Source: a virus (taxonomy: Duplodnaviria > Caudoviricetes). From it: a DNA stretch of 25,331 nucleotides. This document shows, piece after piece, positions 23,306 to 25,331 of the stretch. The notes under the pieces were generated by a model that saw only the letters and a program-made list of their open reading frames with translations, was not told where the DNA came from and ran no database searches. Made by a program: the position numbers and the translations under genes. The stretch lies in the IMG/VR virus record IMGVR_UViG_3300011339_000081, positions 1 through 25,331 of that record, one strand, 5' to 3'. The stretch's first letter is position 1; every line of letters starts with the position of its first letter.

Positions 23306-24829
23306 TTAGCTGCCCATCCATGAAGTTGATATGCTGCTGCCCTGCGCGTTTACCCGGCGGGCGGGTTCAGTATATTCGCGGTGGGCCACGGGAAACGCGA
23401 ACGTCACGCATATAGCGTCCGCTGCGTCGGGCGATGCAAGACCGCGAGATTTCATTTCTTTCTTGCTCTCCAAGAAGATAGTTCCACGTGAATCAGGCTT
23501 CATCATAGGCGAAATCAAGTCCGTCTTCAAGAACCTGTCGCTCGGAATACTAGCAGATTTCAACCACTCCCTCATCTCGCCCCACATCTGCGCCCTCATG
23601 TTGCCGTACATGATGGGGTTTTTAGCTTTGTTTCCAAAGTTAACCCCCTTGATCTTGTACCGTTGCTCCTTGAGCCGGTCGACAATCCCCGCGCCTAGCC
23701 CGCCCTCGTCGATGACTGTGAGCGTCGGCTTGTACTCCTCGATGGCCTCAATGACGTGCCCAACCACTGTCATAGTGTCGTCGCCCCGATGCCGCGCGAT
23801 GTTGACAATATCTCGCCCTTGCCGCACGGCGATGACCGTGGCGTCCGCACCGAACCGCGCTGGGTCGACGCCGATGATGATGGGTGCGCTCAAGTCCTTG
23901 TACTTCTCCCGCTTCATAGCTGCGTCCACCACATCTGCTGGTATGAACTGATCATCTCCCGCGTTGGGGAACATACCGTACACCTCGACGTGCGCTTGCG
24001 CCGACTCCGGCCCGTACTCTTGGATGATGCGCTCGTACACCTGTTTGTCCGTACCCTCGACCGTCCGCGCGTCCACCACCTTGGTTTTCCAGAAATCCCG
24101 CTTGCTGTTAAACGCCTCGTAGAAGTACCCCGTGTTGCGGCGCGGGTTGCTGAACGCCAGCCAAAAACGGTTGGGCGTGTTCTCTGTAAAGAACCCGCTG
24201 GTCACCGCCCATATGCTGTCGTCAATACCGCTGGCCTCGTCGAACACGACCAGCACCCCGTCGAAGTTATGCACACCCGCGTAAGCGTCGGGGTTCTCCG
24301 CCGACCAGAGCCGCCCCTCGACGCCCCAATAGCGCGTGCCCTTTTTTAAGTCACGCTCGACCAGTTCGGTCAGCCACTTGGCGGGCATCAACCGGGTGGC
24401 GCTGACTTCAAACCAGTGGCTGTTAAGCGCCATTGCCAGCCACTTGGTGATTTCGGCCCAGGTAATTGATCTGAGTTGAGACTCGGAGTTAGCCGAGATG
24501 ATGGTCGTCGAGCCGATCCGCGTCGACAACATCCAGATCGTGATCCAACTGACCAGCGCCGATTTGCCAATACCGCGCCCGGACGAAATGGCCTCTTGCA
24601 GTACCGCGTAGTCCATTTGGCCTTTGTTGGCCTTGATGTGTTCGGCAATGTCTTGCAGCACATCGCGCTGCCACTTGCGCGGCCCTTTGAAGTTTTCCAA
24701 CGGCGTGCCCTTGACGCCCCACGGAAATACTAGGGCCACAAACGCCAGCGGGTCGTCCTTAATGCGCGGCGTCCATAGACGCGCCATCAATTCCTGTTCG
24801 TCTTCAGCGCTGTATTTGGTCGACTGCAT
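23306..24829 (-). CDS. terL: Terminase large subunit (507 aa)
   Basis: Walker A-like SGRGIGKS, Walker B VFDEASG, coupling motif SNP, nuclease motifs GVDPARFGAD and SPDAADA. Upstream of the portal. Confidence 0.93.
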   Translation of the reverse strand: MQSTKYSAEDEQELMARLWTPRIKDDPLAFVALVFPWGVKGTPLENFKGPRKWQRDVLQDIAEHIKANKGQMDYAVLQEAISSGRGIGKSALVSWITIWMLSTRIGSTTIISANSESQLRSITWAEITKWLAMALNSHWFEVSATRLMPAKWLTELVERDLKKGTRYWGVEGRLWSAENPDAYAGVHNFDGVLVVFDEASGIDDSIWAVTSGFFTENTPNRFWLAFSNPRRNTGYFYEAFNSKRDFWKTKVVDARTVEGTDKQVYERIIQEYGPESAQAHVEVYGMFPNAGDDQFIPADVVDAAMKREKYKDLSAPIIIGVDPARFGADATVIAVRQGRDIVNIARHRGDDTMTVVGHVIEAIEEYKPTLTVIDEGGLGAGIVDRLKEQRYKIKGVNFGNKAKNPIMYGNMRAQMWGEMREWLKSASIPSDRFLKTDLISPMMKPDSRGTIFLESKKEMKSRGLASPDAADAICVTFAFPVAHREYTEPARRVNAQGSSISTSWMGS

Positions 24830-25214
24830 CAATGACCTCTATGACACGCAACTCGGCTTCATGCAGCGCTTGCGTGATGGATATGCGTTGGTCGATGTCA
24901 ACCGAGATGGACTGCTTGGCCACCCAGCCGTGTTGATGCTTGAGAATTTCCAGCGCCGCCTTAGCGTCGCCCTCTCGCGCAGCGTTGTGCAGGATGTTGG
25001 CCATCTCGCGTTCGCCGTCGGCTTTGCCTTTGATCGCGGCCATCTCGGCCAGTGGGTCAAGTTGGCATAGTTGGCGGTACTCATCGGGTCGCATCCCTGA
25101 CGCCAGGGCGAGCGTGTCGCCTTTGAGTCCTAGCTTGGCGGCGTCGTAGATTGACTGCAAGCGCGACTCAGTCGCTTCGACTTTGCGTATGGTCAGTGGC
25201 AGTGACTGGAACAT
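24804..25214 (-). CDS. terS: Putative terminase small subunit (136 aa)
   Basis: Overlaps the terL start. HTH-like N-half plus helical C-half (GDAKAALEILKH..GW). AGGAG RBS. Confidence 0.65.
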   Translation of the reverse strand: MFQSLPLTIRKVEATESRLQSIYDAAKLGLKGDTLALASGMRPDEYRQLCQLDPLAEMAAIKGKADGEREMANILHNAAREGDAKAALEILKHQHGWVAKQSISVDIDQRISITQALHEAELRVIEVIDAVDQIQR

Positions 25215-25245
25215 TGGTTCTCCTGCGCCGGGGGCGTGTGCTGGA

Positions 25246-25274
25246 ATTTTATATTAAAAAAATTTGTGCGTGAA
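25246..25274 (-). promoter_or_regulatory. Putative sigma70-type promoter for terS/late operon
   Basis: On the - strand: TTCACG (25274-25269), 17-nt spacer with a T7 run, TAAAAT (25251-25246). AT-rich island about 30 nt upstream of the terS start. Confidence 0.5.
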
Positions 25275-25291
25275 GCCTCCGTTGCCGTTGG

Positions 25292-25331
25292 CCCCCTCGC
25301 TCGGCCCTCCCCCCCCTCCCCTCGGCCCCCC
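25292..25331 (-). other. G-rich tract with G-quadruplex-forming pattern
   Basis: The - strand reads G6-CCGA-G4-A-G8-A-G3-CCGAGCGA-G5. Confidence 0.65.

Larger units (their letters stand above)
1..25331. mobile_element. Bacteriophage genome segment, P22-like head/tail module (podovirus-type)
   Basis: Terminase, portal, scaffold, coat, gp10-like hub, ejection proteins, holin and endolysin occur in phage order. No tape measure or sheath gene and no host housekeeping genes are seen. Confidence 0.96.

Noticed and set aside
1-25331. Alternative genetic code, introns or inteins, tRNAs, integrase
   Set aside because: Core genes are intact and of expected size in the standard code, and TAA, TAG and TGA are all used as stops. 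Intergenic gaps are too short for tRNAs or introns, and no recombinase or intein motifs were seen.

Overview
The window is a gene-dense fragment of a tailed dsDNA bacteriophage with a P22-like (podovirus-type) virion module. It has two convergent arms. The + strand (1-3074) carries the C-terminal half of an SNF2-type helicase followed by a chain of about 12 tiny, mostly translationally coupled accessory genes. The - strand (25214 down to 3033) is one long late region. In order it holds: terminase small and large subunits, four Lys-rich microproteins, a P22-like portal, a ferritin/Dps-like protein, a five-gene putative head-appendage cassette, scaffold, P22 gp5-like coat protein, two decoration-like proteins, adaptor, gp10-like tail hub, a tail protein, a cupin, three ejection-type proteins, a small membrane protein, a tail fibre with its chaperone, and a lysis cassette (two holin-like paralogues and an M15 peptidase endolysin). 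I found no tRNA, rRNA, CRISPR array, integrase, reverse transcriptase or IS element. I cannot show a definitively new system from sequence alone. The best leads are the genes interrupting the terL-portal-scaffold order (basic microproteins, ferritin-like gene, Gly-rich appendage cassette), a G-quadruplex-type tract next to the terS promoter, a twin-hairpin leader on the scaffold gene, and a full-length plus truncated holin pair with no recognisable spanin. All family assignments come from motif recognition and synteny, not from database searches.
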